Shown: positions 13,449 to 26,267, numbered from the stretch's first letter. The stretch is 64,000 bases of DNA from Octopus vulgaris (GCA_951406725.2 OX597835.1:48608001-48672000), one strand, 5' to 3'. Made by a program: numbers and translations. The notes: generated from the sequence alone by a model not told the origin.

Positions 13449-14012
13449 ATAGAATCAAGTAGTAATCCTGTACGGCCGTTTCAAGCGATTCCATTTAATT
13501 AAACAATGCAATCATTGCATCAATTTTAAATACAGCGCTATCTTCAGCTGCACAGATATATTTTGCTTTTATTCACCTTACTTCGAGCTCTAAATGAGGT
13601 CATTTCTAGAATATAATAAACAAAGTTCATGCGTCTTTATGAAGAATTTATTTGTAGCACGTAACTTACACCAAAATAGAAACGCTAGAATATGAAACAA
13701 TATATCCAGTATTGACCATAATATCTGAAATGTCATGGTGCCTTTAAATTGCTCTCTTCAAACATTGTGATAAAGATAAAAGACGACACATGTTGTATAT
13801 ATCAACTTTTAAATGTATGTGCTGTTAAACTTAAATGAAATCTTTCACTGCCCACCTCTAAGCTTTTCTTCAAAACCCTTACGTAGGCATACGTAATGAG
13901 ACATCGGCTGTGCCAGGTACCTTTCCTGAATGACAATATATCCAGTTCTCTTGTGTGTCACAAATCATTTACAGGTCTTCTTTTTCTCCCTTCCAGAATT
14001 TATATGAATATA

Positions 14013-14240
14013 TATTTCTTTACTACCCACAAGGGGCTAAACACAGAGGGGACAAACAAGGACAGACAAACGGATTAAGTCGATTATATCGACCCCAGTG
14101 AACTGGTACTTAATTTATCGACCTCGAAAGGATGAAAGGCAAAGTCGACCTCGGCGGAATTTGAACTCAGAACGTAGCGGCAGACAAAATACCGCTAAGC
14201 ATTTCACCTGGCATGCTAACGTTTCTGCCAGCTCGCCGCC
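14013..14240 (-). mobile_element. Full-length SINE family B (Meta-domain-like) with 13-bp TSD
   Basis: Minus strand reads GGCGGCGAGCTGGCAGAAACGTTAGC...GAGTTCAAATTCCGCCGAGGTCGACTTTGCCTTTCATCCTTTCGAGGTCGATAAATTAAGTACCAG...CCCTTGTGGGTAGTAAAGAAATA. The TSD TTATATGAATATA is at 14000-14012 and 14241-14253. Confidence 0.9.
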
Positions 14241-15014
14241 TTATATGAATATAGGATCAACGAAACAATGTCGTCGTTACGGTTCTATCTGTTATAATCT
14301 CTCCAATGTATCCTTCTGTGGTGTTCGATTTGAGGACAATTTGGTTGCTATTTTAGCAAATCGGACACCTATGAAGCCTTTCTTTGTGTGGGTTTGTTGT
14401 TGTTACTGCTTGGTTCCTGATCGAATAAACATATAACTAAAACCGTTTAGGAAAAACTCCATATCTTTGTTGCAGTAACCTGCACTATTTCCATTTTATA
14501 TTTCTTGCAATACTTAGGTTCGTGAGACAACTGTTGTTGTTATTGTTGTAGTTGTTCAATTTCTGCGCCTATGTCAAATTTAACTGAACAAACCCATCAC
14601 CAAAACCAAACGGTATTGATTTCAACAAATATGTTCAATCACTTTTGCGGCTTTTCTTTTTAAGAAATACTTTATATTTCACTACATTCTTTGCTTATTC
14701 TCTGGTAAAAACTACATTTGGCTACTATGTCTAACAGGGCGAGTAACGACGTAAACGGGCACAGTGTTCTGCTTCAATTGTCAATGGTTATAGAAGCACA
14801 AATATGGTCGCCGTTTTAGTCCTTTTTGCAATCAAATGCCGAGATCGTAACCAAGTAAATTCACTAATTTACGAACCAACCGACGACAACCGACGAAAGA
14901 ACGTGATGACATGCGTGTGTAACTATGCCTGTGTCTGAACGTATATGCATAAATATATGTATGTATCTATATATACATATATATGCATGTACATTTTTCA
15001 ACTTCCTGTTTTAC

Positions 15015-15081
<67 letters not shown>

Positions 15082-15197
15082 ATATATACATATATTTATA
15101 TATATATACATATATACTGTTGTATTTCGGGATGGAATTTTTTTCGCTATCTATCTATGTAGATAGATTGACAGACAGACAGACAGACGGATGGATG

Positions 15198-15235
<38 letters not shown>

Positions 15236-15236
15236 G

Positions 15237-15323
<87 letters not shown>

Positions 15324-15787
15324 CAGAAAACAGATGGATATTTCAAAAATCTAACAAAAACGTGACAAGCGGAAATACATAACAGCGGGAAAGCATAGAG
15401 GACAGAAAATTCGTTGTTTGTTTCTCATCACTTAAAGTCCAAAAAATCATTACAATTTTGCGCCTTTACCGTTGATATTGTTCGGTTTTGGTGACACCAG
15501 AGGCAAAAGAAACAACACTGGGAATGTATGTGTGTGTGTGTGTGTGTAAGGGGAACACAAGTGTAGCCTAAAACTTCACAACAGCTGCTTCAGCATCATT
15601 TGTTATTGGGGAATAGACTAAAAAGTGGTCCTGAACAGCTGTGGTGAATTGCTCAACTCCACTTGTGATCTTTTATACAAACGAAGGTTCTTTCTAAAAC
15701 TTATAATGTGTGTATATCTTTGTGTAGATAATGTACACACACACACACATACATATGTGTATATATGAGCATGTGTGTGTAGGGCTG

Positions 15788-15825
<38 letters not shown>

Positions 15826-15826
<1 letters not shown>

Positions 15827-16036
15827 GTACTTGTTTCAGTCATTTGACTGCGGCCATGCTGGAGCACCGCCTTTAGAGTGGTGAAAGAGTACAGCAGGGA
15901 TCACCACCTCCTGCCGGAGCCTCGTGGAGCTTTTAGGTGTTTTCGCTCAATAAACACACACAACGCCCGGTCTGGGAATCGAAACCGCGATCCTCCGACC
16001 GCAAGTCCGCTGCCCTAACCACTAGGCCATTGCGCC
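15826..16036 (-). mobile_element. Chimeric SINE: OR1-like tRNA head fused to a family-A 3' tail with poly(A)
   Basis: 15877-16036 matches the head of the 19585-19930 family (GGCGCAATGGCCTAGTGG...GTTTCGATTCCC). 15826-15876 is the family-A terminus. A T-run (poly-A on minus) lies at 15810-15826. Confidence 0.75.
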
Positions 16037-16039
16037 ACT

Positions 16040-16191
16040 TTACCACACACCGAACTTTTAGAAATAGCAGCCAAAAAATAATTCATGCGTGAATTATTTT
16101 TGAGTATACATTGTCTATGAGACTTTTCTTATAGTAGAAGAAATAGCTAAGATTTTTTGGCTGCTATTTCTAAAAGTTCGGTGTGTGATAA
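16040..16191. repeat. 40-bp near-perfect inverted repeat with 72-bp spacer
   Basis: TTACCACACACCGAACTTTTAGAAATAGCAGCCAAAAAAT at 16040-16079 versus its reverse complement at 16152-16191, with 1 mismatch. Confidence 0.9.
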
Positions 16192-16360
16192 TGTAAATTA
16201 TTTTACTGAACCCTAATTATATAACGTAATGTTTTAAATATACCGTAAACGGTCTTTTTGCATACTGTAAAATTAATTAATAATTAATTAATTTTACACG
16301 GAGTAAACACATAAATGTGAAACAAGGTGGAAAAAAGAGTAAAATGGTAATAATATGCTT

Positions 16361-16484
16361 TATTTTAAGCAGAAGAAAATTCAACAAAATCTGTTCTTGA
16401 GTTTTCGTTGCCGTTCATCAGACTGTCTGATGAACGGCAACGAGAAACTCAGAGTAACAGATTTTTGAATTTTCTGCTGCTTAA

Positions 16485-16488
<4 letters not shown>
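16361..16488. mobile_element. Palindromic repeat with head-to-head hammerhead motifs
   Basis: 16361-16423 is the reverse complement of 16425-16488 with a few indels. The centre is TCATCAGAC-T-GTCTGATGA. The repeat ends at a (TA)n tract. Confidence 0.85.
16423..16460 (+). ncRNA. Minimal type-I hammerhead ribozyme motif with canonical core
   Basis: CTGT-CTGATGA-ACG-GCAA-CGA-GAAA-CTC-A-GAG-T-A-ACAG. Stem I is CTGT/ACAG, stem III is ACTC/GAGT, and the triplet is GUA (predicted cut after 16456). The base of stem II is an A.A mismatch. Confidence 0.8.
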
Positions 16489-16547
<59 letters not shown>

Positions 16548-16582
16548 TGTGTGTGTTTGCGTGTGTGTATAATTAATTATTC

Positions 16583-17034
16583 TTTTACTTGTTTCATTCG
16601 TTTGACTGGGGTCATGCCAGAGCACCGTCTTGATGGGTTTTAATCGAACAGATCGACCCCAGGAATTATTTTGGGGGCCCCAGCACTTATTCCATCGGTC
16701 TCATTTTCCAGGAAGGTAAACACACAAACTCCGGTTGCAAATTAGGGGTGGTGAGAATAAACGCAAACATACACATGCGCGTGCGCACACAAGCATATTC
16801 TTTAATTCTTTTATTTGTTTCAGTCATCTCACTGCTGCCATGCTGGAGCAGCGAATTTAGTCAAACAAATCGACACCAGGACTTATTCTTTGTAACCTTA
16901 GTACTTATACTATCGGTCTACTATGGCTAAGTTACGGGGATGTAAACAAACTAACACGTCTCTCAAGCGAAGGTAAGGGGACAAAACAGACCAACACGTT
17001 TCACAAGCGACACAAAGGGGACAAAACAGACACA

Positions 17035-17081
<47 letters not shown>

Positions 17082-17200
17082 GTATATATATATATGTATA
17101 TATATATACAACAAGCTTCTTTCAGTTTCCGTCTACCTAATTCATTCACTAGGATTTGGTGGGCCCGAGGCTGTAGTAGAAGACACTTGCCCAGGGACTA
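16583..17200 (-). mobile_element. Two adjacent diverged SINE family A copies
   Basis: Family-A tails at about 16583-16745 and 16805-17200. The second copy has a 40-bp internal duplication (16951-16990 and 16991-17030). Confidence 0.75.
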
Positions 17201-17218
17201 CTTACCACACAGCTTATG

Positions 17219-17249
<31 letters not shown>

Positions 17250-17380
17250 AATACGTATATATGTGTGTATGTATGTATATATGTATAAATATTCTAAATA
17301 TATATAAATACACGTACGTACATATATATATATATGCGTGTGTGTGTATGCGTGTGTGTGTATAAGCGTATATACATATG

Positions 17381-17414
<34 letters not shown>

Positions 17415-17423
17415 CGTATGTAA

Positions 17424-17457
<34 letters not shown>

Positions 17458-17539
17458 CCCAATATATATATATATATGTATGAATTTATGTATGAACATA
17501 TACATATGCAAATATGTATATACACACACTCGCAGACAG

Positions 17540-17583
<44 letters not shown>

Positions 17584-17957
17584 TAACTTTCAGGAATTAT
17601 AAGTCTTCAACAGCCAATTTCTTGCGGAAATATATAAATCACAGTTTTGTACTCAGTAAAAGACGCTCTCTAACTATTAAAGTAAGATAAGGAGATAATA
17701 AATTAACATCGCAAAAAGCGAAGCGGAGATCCATTCTTACAAAATCGGTGTGATAATCTGCGTGTCCCGAGAGATATATTAGAATATGTCTGCAATATCT
17801 CAGCTGAGATCATCGACGCCATATCTATATATCTCCTCCATATCTATATATCTGGGCAATAACCAGCTACTATTCCGTCACGTAACAGTCGTCCAAATCA
17901 ATTGATAGTTTTAAAGGTTTTTTTTTTTTTCATTTATTTATTTTATTCACGTATGTG

Positions 17958-17990
<33 letters not shown>

Positions 17991-18349
17991 GTGTGTGTGT
18001 GTTTGTGTGTGTGTGCGTGCGCGTTTATGCGCGTGCGTGCTACTTTCAATCTTCTTTCTTTGGAAACGAAAAAAGTATATCGATGTTTTTACTTTCAAGA
18101 GATGACGGCAACGCTGTAACTTGTGCAATAATACAATTTTATTATTGTTTTATTTATTTTTGTTTCGGTTTTTTTACTTTTTTTACTTAATGAATATTTT
18201 CTTCCTTGTGAATAGATTTATTCGTACATGATTACTTAGGGATGTGAGTGTTTATGTATGCATACATCTTGGAATGAGTGTATATGTAAGTAACTGCGTA
18301 TGTGTGTGTGTGTAACATCTGCATACGTGATAGGTGCATGGTCTGAGTG

Positions 18350-18380
<31 letters not shown>

Positions 18381-18500
18381 ACTTGCATACTCACACACAC
18401 GAAGCTATACACATACATATATATATATATATATATAAACATATATATATATATAGACACATATTTATGATAGTACATATGTATGTGCATGTATATATGC

Positions 18501-18535
<35 letters not shown>

Positions 18536-18550
18536 CGTACGCACATACAT

Positions 18551-18585
<35 letters not shown>

Positions 18586-18690
18586 GGCATTAAAACACAT
18601 CATTCAGCGCCGTTCATAGCCATAAAGGCAATATTCGAAATGAAGAGAACAAATATAGTTTTATAATGATTACTTGAACACTACAGATTA

Positions 18691-18738
18691 CATAACTTCG
18701 GGTTTCGCTGAATCCGAAAGATCCACTCTCCTCACATT
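18691..18738 (-). ncRNA. Degenerate hammerhead-like motif
   Basis: Minus strand reads AAT-GTGAGGA-GAGTGGATC-TTTCG-GATTCAGC-GAAAC-CCGAA-GTT-ATG. It has a long stem II and GAAAC..GTT, but C3 is altered. Confidence 0.45.
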
Positions 18739-19104
18739 AGACCTAAAACTGTGAACTGTGGAGCATATAAGCCCTCGACTGAAAAAGTGGGGGGTTTTTA
18801 CGCATGAGAAACCCCTTCTAAAACCTATATGGGAGTTTCTCGCATGATCTCTCCCTAGACACATTCACACACATGTGTATGTACATATATATATATATAT
18901 ATATGTACATATATATATATGTATGTGTGTGTGTATATATACATATATACATATATACATAAATATACATATATGTAGATATACATATATATACATATAA
19001 GTACATATATACAGATATGTATATGTATATATATATATATATACACATATACATATCTGTATATATATATATATATATATATGTATTTATATGTGTATAT
19101 ATAA

Positions 19105-19139
<35 letters not shown>

Positions 19140-19199
19140 TATATAAGTACGTATGTATATATATATATATGTATATATGTGAGTGTGTGTGTGTGTGTT

Positions 19200-19402
19200 T
19201 TTGTGAGGGTATGTTTCTCTGTTTGTCCCCTCCACCATCGCTTGATTTGGGCCTGTTTACATCCCCATAACTTACCGGTTGGGCCTAAGAGACTGACAGA
19301 ATAAGTACTAGGCTTACAAGGAATAAGTCCTGGGGTCTATTTCTTCCACTAAGGGTCGGTGCTCAAGCATGGCCGCCGTCAAATGACTGAAACAAACAGA
19401 AG
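19200..19402 (+). mobile_element. SINE family A, 3' half
   Basis: TGTTTGTCCCC...AGAATAAGTACTAGGCTTAC...GCATGGCCGCCGTCAAATGACTGAAACAA. Confidence 0.8.
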
Positions 19403-19584
19403 AATTAAAAAATAGACATAATTTTCATTCTAAGTTGTACAATAAATGGGACCAACTCTATTTGAAATCAGTTTGAAAGCAAGTACCAATGCCAAGTATT
19501 AGACTGACTCGGTTTTTGAGTCACGCTAACACTTTTGCCGGTCATCAATAACTGATACATTCATATATACATACATACGTGCCT

Positions 19585-19930
19585 ACATATCGTGGGACTC
19601 CGTCGGTTACGACGACGAGGATTCCAGTTGATCCAATCAACAGAACAGCTTGCTCGTGAAATTAACGTGCAATGGCTGAGCGCTCCACAGATACATGTAC
19701 CCTTAACGTTGATCCCGGGGAGAATCAGCGTGACACGGAGTGTGACAAGGCTGGACCTTTGAAATACAGATACAATAGAGACAACAGGAAGAGAGTGTGA
19801 GAGAAAGTTGTAGTGAAAGAGTACATCAGGGTTCGCCACCACCCCTGCCGGAGCCATATAGAGCTTTACATGTTTTTGCTCAGTAGACACTCACAATGCC
19901 CTGTCTGGGAATCGAAACTGCACCTCCACG
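19585..19930 (-). mobile_element. tRNA-derived SINE (OR1-like), 5'-truncated
   Basis: B-box GTTTCGATTCCCAGAC on the minus strand. The body is shared with 15877-16000 and the tail is shared with 6732-6900. Confidence 0.75.
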
Positions 19931-20002
19931 ACCTGCATATATACACACATATACATAAAAATATGCATCGTCACATATATATATATACGTATATATATAT
20001 AT

Positions 20003-20101
<99 letters not shown>

Positions 20102-20362
20102 TATAAGAAAAAAGCAACAAGAATGGTTTAGTTGTTCAGTACAATTGTTTCATACGAAGAACATCTTTATTAGAAGCTGCAAATATTGCAGCAAATACAA
20201 GTGTCCCGTACTCATCAGCCAAAACACATATGAGTTTTCCAAACATCCTAGGGGGTGAGGCTACACTCATGAAGTATCGAAGAGAGTTCTATGAAAAGCA
20301 AAGTTAGATTGTAAGCAGACTTCAAATGTTCTCTAATGATGCACAGTTTTTTCTAGCAAAAA

Positions 20363-20400
20363 CTGTCCGACGAACGGGAACGTGAAACTCAGAGTAACAG
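20363..20400 (+). ncRNA. Minimal type-I hammerhead motif (CCGACGA core variant), same family as 16423-16460
   Basis: CTGT-CCGACGA-ACG-GGAA-CGT-GAAA-CTC-A-GAG-T-A-ACAG, with all three stems pairable. Downstream TTGAATTTTCTGCTGCTT is shared with 16465-16482. Confidence 0.78.
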
Positions 20401-21961
20401 GTTTTGTTGAATTTTCTGCTGCTTTTAAATAAAGTATATGTATGTATATATACATATACATACATACATAATTGCATATGTGTGTGTATGTATGTATACA
20501 GAAGACGAAAGAAATGGAAAAGAAAAGCAGAAATATGCTTTAGATATGAAAAATTTCCTAATTAGGAATGGTTCTTAATACGTATACATACACAATCACA
20601 CACAGACATACACACAGATTTTCATTATTTTTTTACACGTTGCATCCATACGACGTATGTGTGTATATGCAGGCACACACACATAAATATATTTTTGCCC
20701 TGAAGCTGATGTAGATGTGTGTGAGTACAATTTATATTTACTATAATAAATTTAATAGAGAAATTGTTAGCAAAGCACAACCAATTAATATGGCTTTATC
20801 ATTAAGCGTTAATTATCTTTAATGTTTTTCGTTATGACTAAAAAGCGATGAATGAATAGATATTATATGGATAATATTACGGCGGCATGATGGAAGGGTG
20901 GGACTTCGTGTATGGAAACCGACAACAGCAACAAGAACAAAAACAATAATCCTTTCTATTATAAGCGACCATGAGACAGAGCTGACAACAAGGTATGCGA
21001 TAAGGAAGAAAGAAAAGTCGATAGGTATGACAGGTTAGCTTGGGAAGTTACACTCTTAACAACTTTCACCCACCTTTCAATAAACTCACTCGAAAACACC
21101 ACTTCCCTCTCCACTCTCAATTTCATTTTTGAGAGAATCTATCGCTTTCTAATTTACGCACAATGCCAGTGTTTTCGGTTTTTGTTTTTTTTTTCATGAA
21201 ATGGCTTTTTTATTTATTGATAACATCGAACCCAGCAGTTAACTGGTAATATATTGTATCACCTTCAAAAGAATGAAGGGTTGCGTTGACATCTGCAGGA
21301 TTCGACATCAGAAGGCAAAGAGACGGAACACATACCGTAAGTTGTTTCGTCTGATGATACACCATCTCACAAAATATCTTAATTCGATTAATAAACTAAA
21401 AGTATTTCATTTCAAATCTAAGTTTAGATTACGTTGTTTCTGTGGATGTATACGAATCTGGTTAAATTTTGTCACTATTAGTTTTCCATATTTAATCCGT
21501 TGGGTTTTTCTCCTTCTATCGTTAATTAAAATACACTTAATTTGATTTTAAACTCTACGTCATTTTTCATATGTTTTTTGTTGGTTTGTTTTATTTTGAT
21601 ATTTCATTAAGTGTGAGATAATCATCTAATCTCCAAGTGATCGTTAGTAAGAGGGTAACTAAAAACTATAAGCACTAATTTACTTATTAGTGCTAATATT
21701 ATAATTTCTAATTATATTATGTTATATTATATTGTATTAAATTTTATATTAGATTTTAGATGTTTATGCTTTTCTTATGTTATACTAGCTTGTCACAGAC
21801 CATTTCACGTAAGAGACTCTCCTACCCTTCTCTCTACTTTCAGTTAATGATCTGTGTGCATACATGCATCAAGCATGTGTGTATGAATGTGTGTATGTGT
21901 GTATGTACGTATGAATGTGTGTATGTGTATATATATATATATAAGTACCTCTCTCTCTCAT

Positions 21962-22005
<44 letters not shown>

Positions 22006-22330
22006 CATGTATATATATGTATATGTATGTATGTATATAATTTACACACGCACACAAAGACACATATACGCACAAATATGAGTGACCTTGGGGTATGATT
22101 CCAGAATACTGCCTAATGTTTCATGCTCACCCGTTCACAAACACACACACACACTTGCATACACATGCACACACACATATATACATATATATATATACGT
22201 ACATACACATTCGTAAATCGATATGCGTATACATATATACATACATACGCATATATATGCATCCATCCATCCATATGTGTGTAGATATGTGTGTATATAT
22301 ATATATATAGGTGTGTGTATGTGTGTGTGC

Positions 22331-22396
<66 letters not shown>

Positions 22397-23539
22397 GCAC
22401 GCACACCCCCGTAAATTTGTATGAGTGTACACGTTCGCCAGTCGTTAATCACAAATATATTTAAATATTTTGTTAAATTGTTATTGTTGTTAATGTTAAT
22501 GTGAGTTATATGCAAGTTTGGTATGCTATTTGTGCTCATGACTTTCCAAGTTCAAATCACGCCTGAGTCTGACTTCTTTCATCTTTACAAAGACCATGTA
22601 CTAAAAAACCAGTCGTTCATCAGATTGACCCAAACGACAGTTTCTTCAACCAAATTATGGGTTTTGTTCAGCCTCATCAACTAATTGAAATACGAGTTGG
22701 CATCATTTTAGAAATAACAGCCAAATGTCCTTCAATTTACATGCAATCGTTTTCGTAGTATATTCGCCCTGGGTTATGTACTATTGGTATCCCCTCCCTC
22801 GGACTGAGGCAGTAGTCCATTGTTCCATCGTCTCTCACTCTCCCTATTCATTGGTCTAATATCTCAGAACGAAATCCTACTAATAGATGCAAGTGAATGT
22901 GAAAATCACATGCGGTATTTTTCTAAGTGTCTATATTCAGAGATCAAATCGGTTCATGTTAATTTTAATAAATATAATTCTAGAGGCACAAAGCTGTTTC
23001 GTTGCAATTTATTTGTCAGCCCTTAGAAATGTCTATTATTTGCACTCTGTACCAAACTAAGCAACTATTTGTTATTTATATATCCAGAGACTATAGACAA
23101 TTACCACAAATTCTGGCCTTGCAGACCTACAGGTATTCATTGCCGGTTCAGGATAAACTCTACGGGAATGGTGGTGCCGTCAGCTGGACCTGTCCAACAT
23201 TCGCGGGCATTTATGACATACAATGCCTGGTCATTTATGTCTTGTGGAATTATGTCGAACTGCGGCTATCATGTGAAGGGCATAATTAGCAATCAACCAA
23301 CTCCATCGTGAGGTTCGACATATGACCGGGAAGGGTAGCCACTTTACCCCTACCTGGTGACAACCAGCGGACATTGTCAAGTGGACGATCAAGCCCTCAT
23401 CTATATCATTAAAGGAAGGTGAGAGATGAGAGGAATGTGTCGCCGGTTCAAGTAAATTTCTTGAAAATGGGCGAATGAAGCGCGAATAGCCTGAGTGTGC
23501 TTAATGTAGGATTTGCCTGTCGGAAGGAGAGAACAGATG

Positions 23540-24590
23540 GGAGAGTGGCGTATCCCAATGGTGCTGCTAGTGATCAGGGTGATCCAAGGACAGTGGGCTC
23601 TCTTGGGATTGTATCAACCATGTGGGGATTTTTGTCGTGAACTTCTTAATTACTAGTCTTTGTTTATTAAACGTGTGCATGTAAATCCTCACTGTCCTCT
23701 TTTGTGTTTGTATTATACTAGATGTTTACTGTGGCCCTCTTGGTATGCAATCGTGAAAGTATTATCACCATCACCACCAACACCACCAACACCACCACCA
23801 CCACTACTACTACAACATCAACTTTACCTTTCTTCATTTGTCTTTCATTATTATGTCTGGGTGATTACCTTTTATTTGTCGGTTTGTACAGGTCAATGCC
23901 AGATGATTGTGACCTGGGGGTTGTAATGTACCGTGTTTGGTGCATGTTTATACCGTTTCTCATAGGTTTCTATATTGCAGCCTTGGCATATTGCCCGGTG
24001 GATTTAACTATTTACTCAGTCATATCTGTGTATATATGTGTGTGTCTGTGTGTGTGTTTAGATTTGGAAAAGACTGGACAGCCAGAGATGACGCAGTCAC
24101 CTGCTTCATTGCGCAGGTTACACGCGGCGAGCTGGCAGAGAATTCAAATTCCGCCGAGGTCGACTTTGCCTTTCATCCTTTCGGGGTCGATTAAATAAGT
24201 ACCAGTTACGCACTGGGGTCGATATAATCGACTTAATCCGTTTGTCTGTCCTTGTTTGTCCCTTCTGTGTTTAGCCCCTTGTGGGTAGTAAAGAAATATA
24301 CACATTGTGCATTTGATGTTAGGACCTGTTTTCCTTATTTTGCAGTCTTTAGTTCTTCGTAGTCAGACATTGGTCTTGTGCAGCGAGAATCAGTCCTTCC
24401 GTTACAGCTTTTAGTCCAGAACGTTTGAGCCGTTGTTGGCTTTTCCTTAGACTCACTTCTTCCCTGTCAAGCCTTGTAAGGTATTGACCATGAAGTGATT
24501 TTTTTCTTCGTTAGTATGTTTTGTAGATTTGTTTTCATTTTGTTTTTGTCTCTTTAACCATTTCTGCTGTGAAGTCATTTGAGATCATTA
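23540..24590 (-). mobile_element. Second decayed R4/Dong-clade non-LTR retrotransposon fragment, interrupted by a SINE and (ACC)n
   Basis: Minus strand 24300-24510 gives KSLHGQYLTRLDREEVSLRKSQQRLKRSGLKAVTEGLILAAQDQCLTTKN*...IKCTMC. 23830-24010 gives HRAICQGCNIETYEKRYKHAPNTV...VTIIWH*PVQTDK..KGNHPDIIMKDK (PD motif of the RLE). Confidence 0.88.
24124..24298 (+). mobile_element. SINE family B with internal deletion, nested in the R4-like remnant
   Basis: GCGGCGAGCTGGCAGA is joined directly to TTCAAATTCCGCCGAGGTCGAC; the tail CCCTTGTGGGTAGTAAAGAAATA is intact. Confidence 0.85.
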
Positions 24591-24625
24591 TTTCAGTGTA
24601 GTTTCTGTTTTGTATTTTGTCGGTG

Positions 24626-24898
24626 AGATGGCAAAACCGTTAGCACCCCGGGTAAAATGCTTAGCGGCAGGTCGTCTGTCTTTACGTTCAGAGTTCAAAT
24701 TCCGCCGAAGTCAACTTTGACTTCCATACACTCGAAGTCGATACAATATGTACCAGTTGAGCACTGGGGTTGATTTAATCGACTGTCACCCTCCTACAAA
24801 TTTCAGTTCTTGTGCCTCTGGTAGAAAGGACTATTATTGAAACAAAATTTAGATTTGGTCTTATTCCTTGTAGGATTTGTGGGTAGCACGTTACAACC

Positions 24899-24932
<34 letters not shown>

Positions 24933-25480
24933 GTTGTTGTTTTTGTTGTTGCCTCTGTTGTTGTTGTTATTATTATTGCACCCCCACCTATGGTCTTGTG
25001 GCAAATAAAAATCATCATCAGCAGCATTTAATTGTTGTTGTTATTATTGTCATTACTATTGATATACGGGCTGCGATCTGGCAGAATCGTTAGGGAAGCT
25101 ACAGTAGAGGTATTGAGTTCGTTCAAATCTAACCGAGGTCAAATTTGCCTTTTATCATTTCAGAGTCGATAAAATAAAGTACCAGTCAAATACTGGGGAC
25201 CAAAAAATCGATGAACTCACCCAAATTTGCTTTGTATCAAAATTTGTAATCATTAAGACGGCGAGCTTGTAGAATCGTTGGCACGCCTAAAACGGAAGAG
25301 AAAAAAATAATTACTGGTATTTCATCCACCATTATATTCTGAGGTCAATTTCTGAAGTTGTCATTAATGTTTTTTTTTTATATTTTTATTTATTTATTTT
25401 AGGTCGATAAGAGTACAAGGGTCGACGTAATGGACTAACCCTTCCTCAAAAGGTTAAGGCCTTGTGCCTATAGAAGAATA
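24626..25480 (+). mobile_element. Three diverged SINE family B copies separated by (ATT)n/(GTT)n
   Basis: Heads at about 24626, 25068 and 25258. Each has a GTCGAT..AA..GTAC block and a TTGTGCC-type tail. Confidence 0.7.
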
Positions 25481-25489
25481 GATTTGTTT

Positions 25490-25852
25490 TAGCCTATCTT
25501 TTATACCAAGACAAAACATAATTCCAATCTGTCCTTGAATAAGGGTTATTTAAAGATGTTGAACGAAACACCCATGTTTCCAGAGGTGAATTGTTCAAAC
25601 CCCAAAGAATTCCTCTCAACACATGGCTATGATGCTCCCCTACTACTTCTGCTCGTGGTCAGAGATGCACATATCGTCAGCCACCAAGGGACATGCTCAA
25701 CTGGATAAGGTCAAACAACTGACAAGCAAATCTGTGGTATTGAGCAGAATATTTGCTGTAGCCCATCTTTTATACCAAGACAAAACAATGTACAGGATAA
25801 CACTTCCAATCAGTTAAGATCAGAAGCCACGAGAGCCTTTGCCTGGTACTGT
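25490..25852. repeat. Unclassified interspersed repeat with a short internal duplication
   Basis: TAGCC(T/C)ATCTTTTATACCAAGACAAAACA occurs at about 25490 and 25759. Membership of a genome-wide family is from recall only. Confidence 0.4.
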
Positions 25853-25885
25853 ATTATTATCATCATCATCATCATCATCATCATC

Positions 25886-25954
<69 letters not shown>

Positions 25955-26224
25955 TTCATCATGATTATTTTACTAATGTAAGCAACTGCTTATGTGGACG
26001 TAATCGACTAAATTCCTCCCAGCAAATTGCAGGCGTTGTGCCTAATCAGAAATCATCATCGTCATCATCATCATCATCATCATCATCATAATCATCATCA
26101 TCATCATCATCATCACCATTAGCATCATCATCACAGTCATCTTCATTACATGTATGTTCATCGGTGATGTAATATATGTTAAATTAAAATACGAAACAGA
26201 TTGAAAACACATTAACAAAAATGC

Positions 26225-26267
<43 letters not shown>

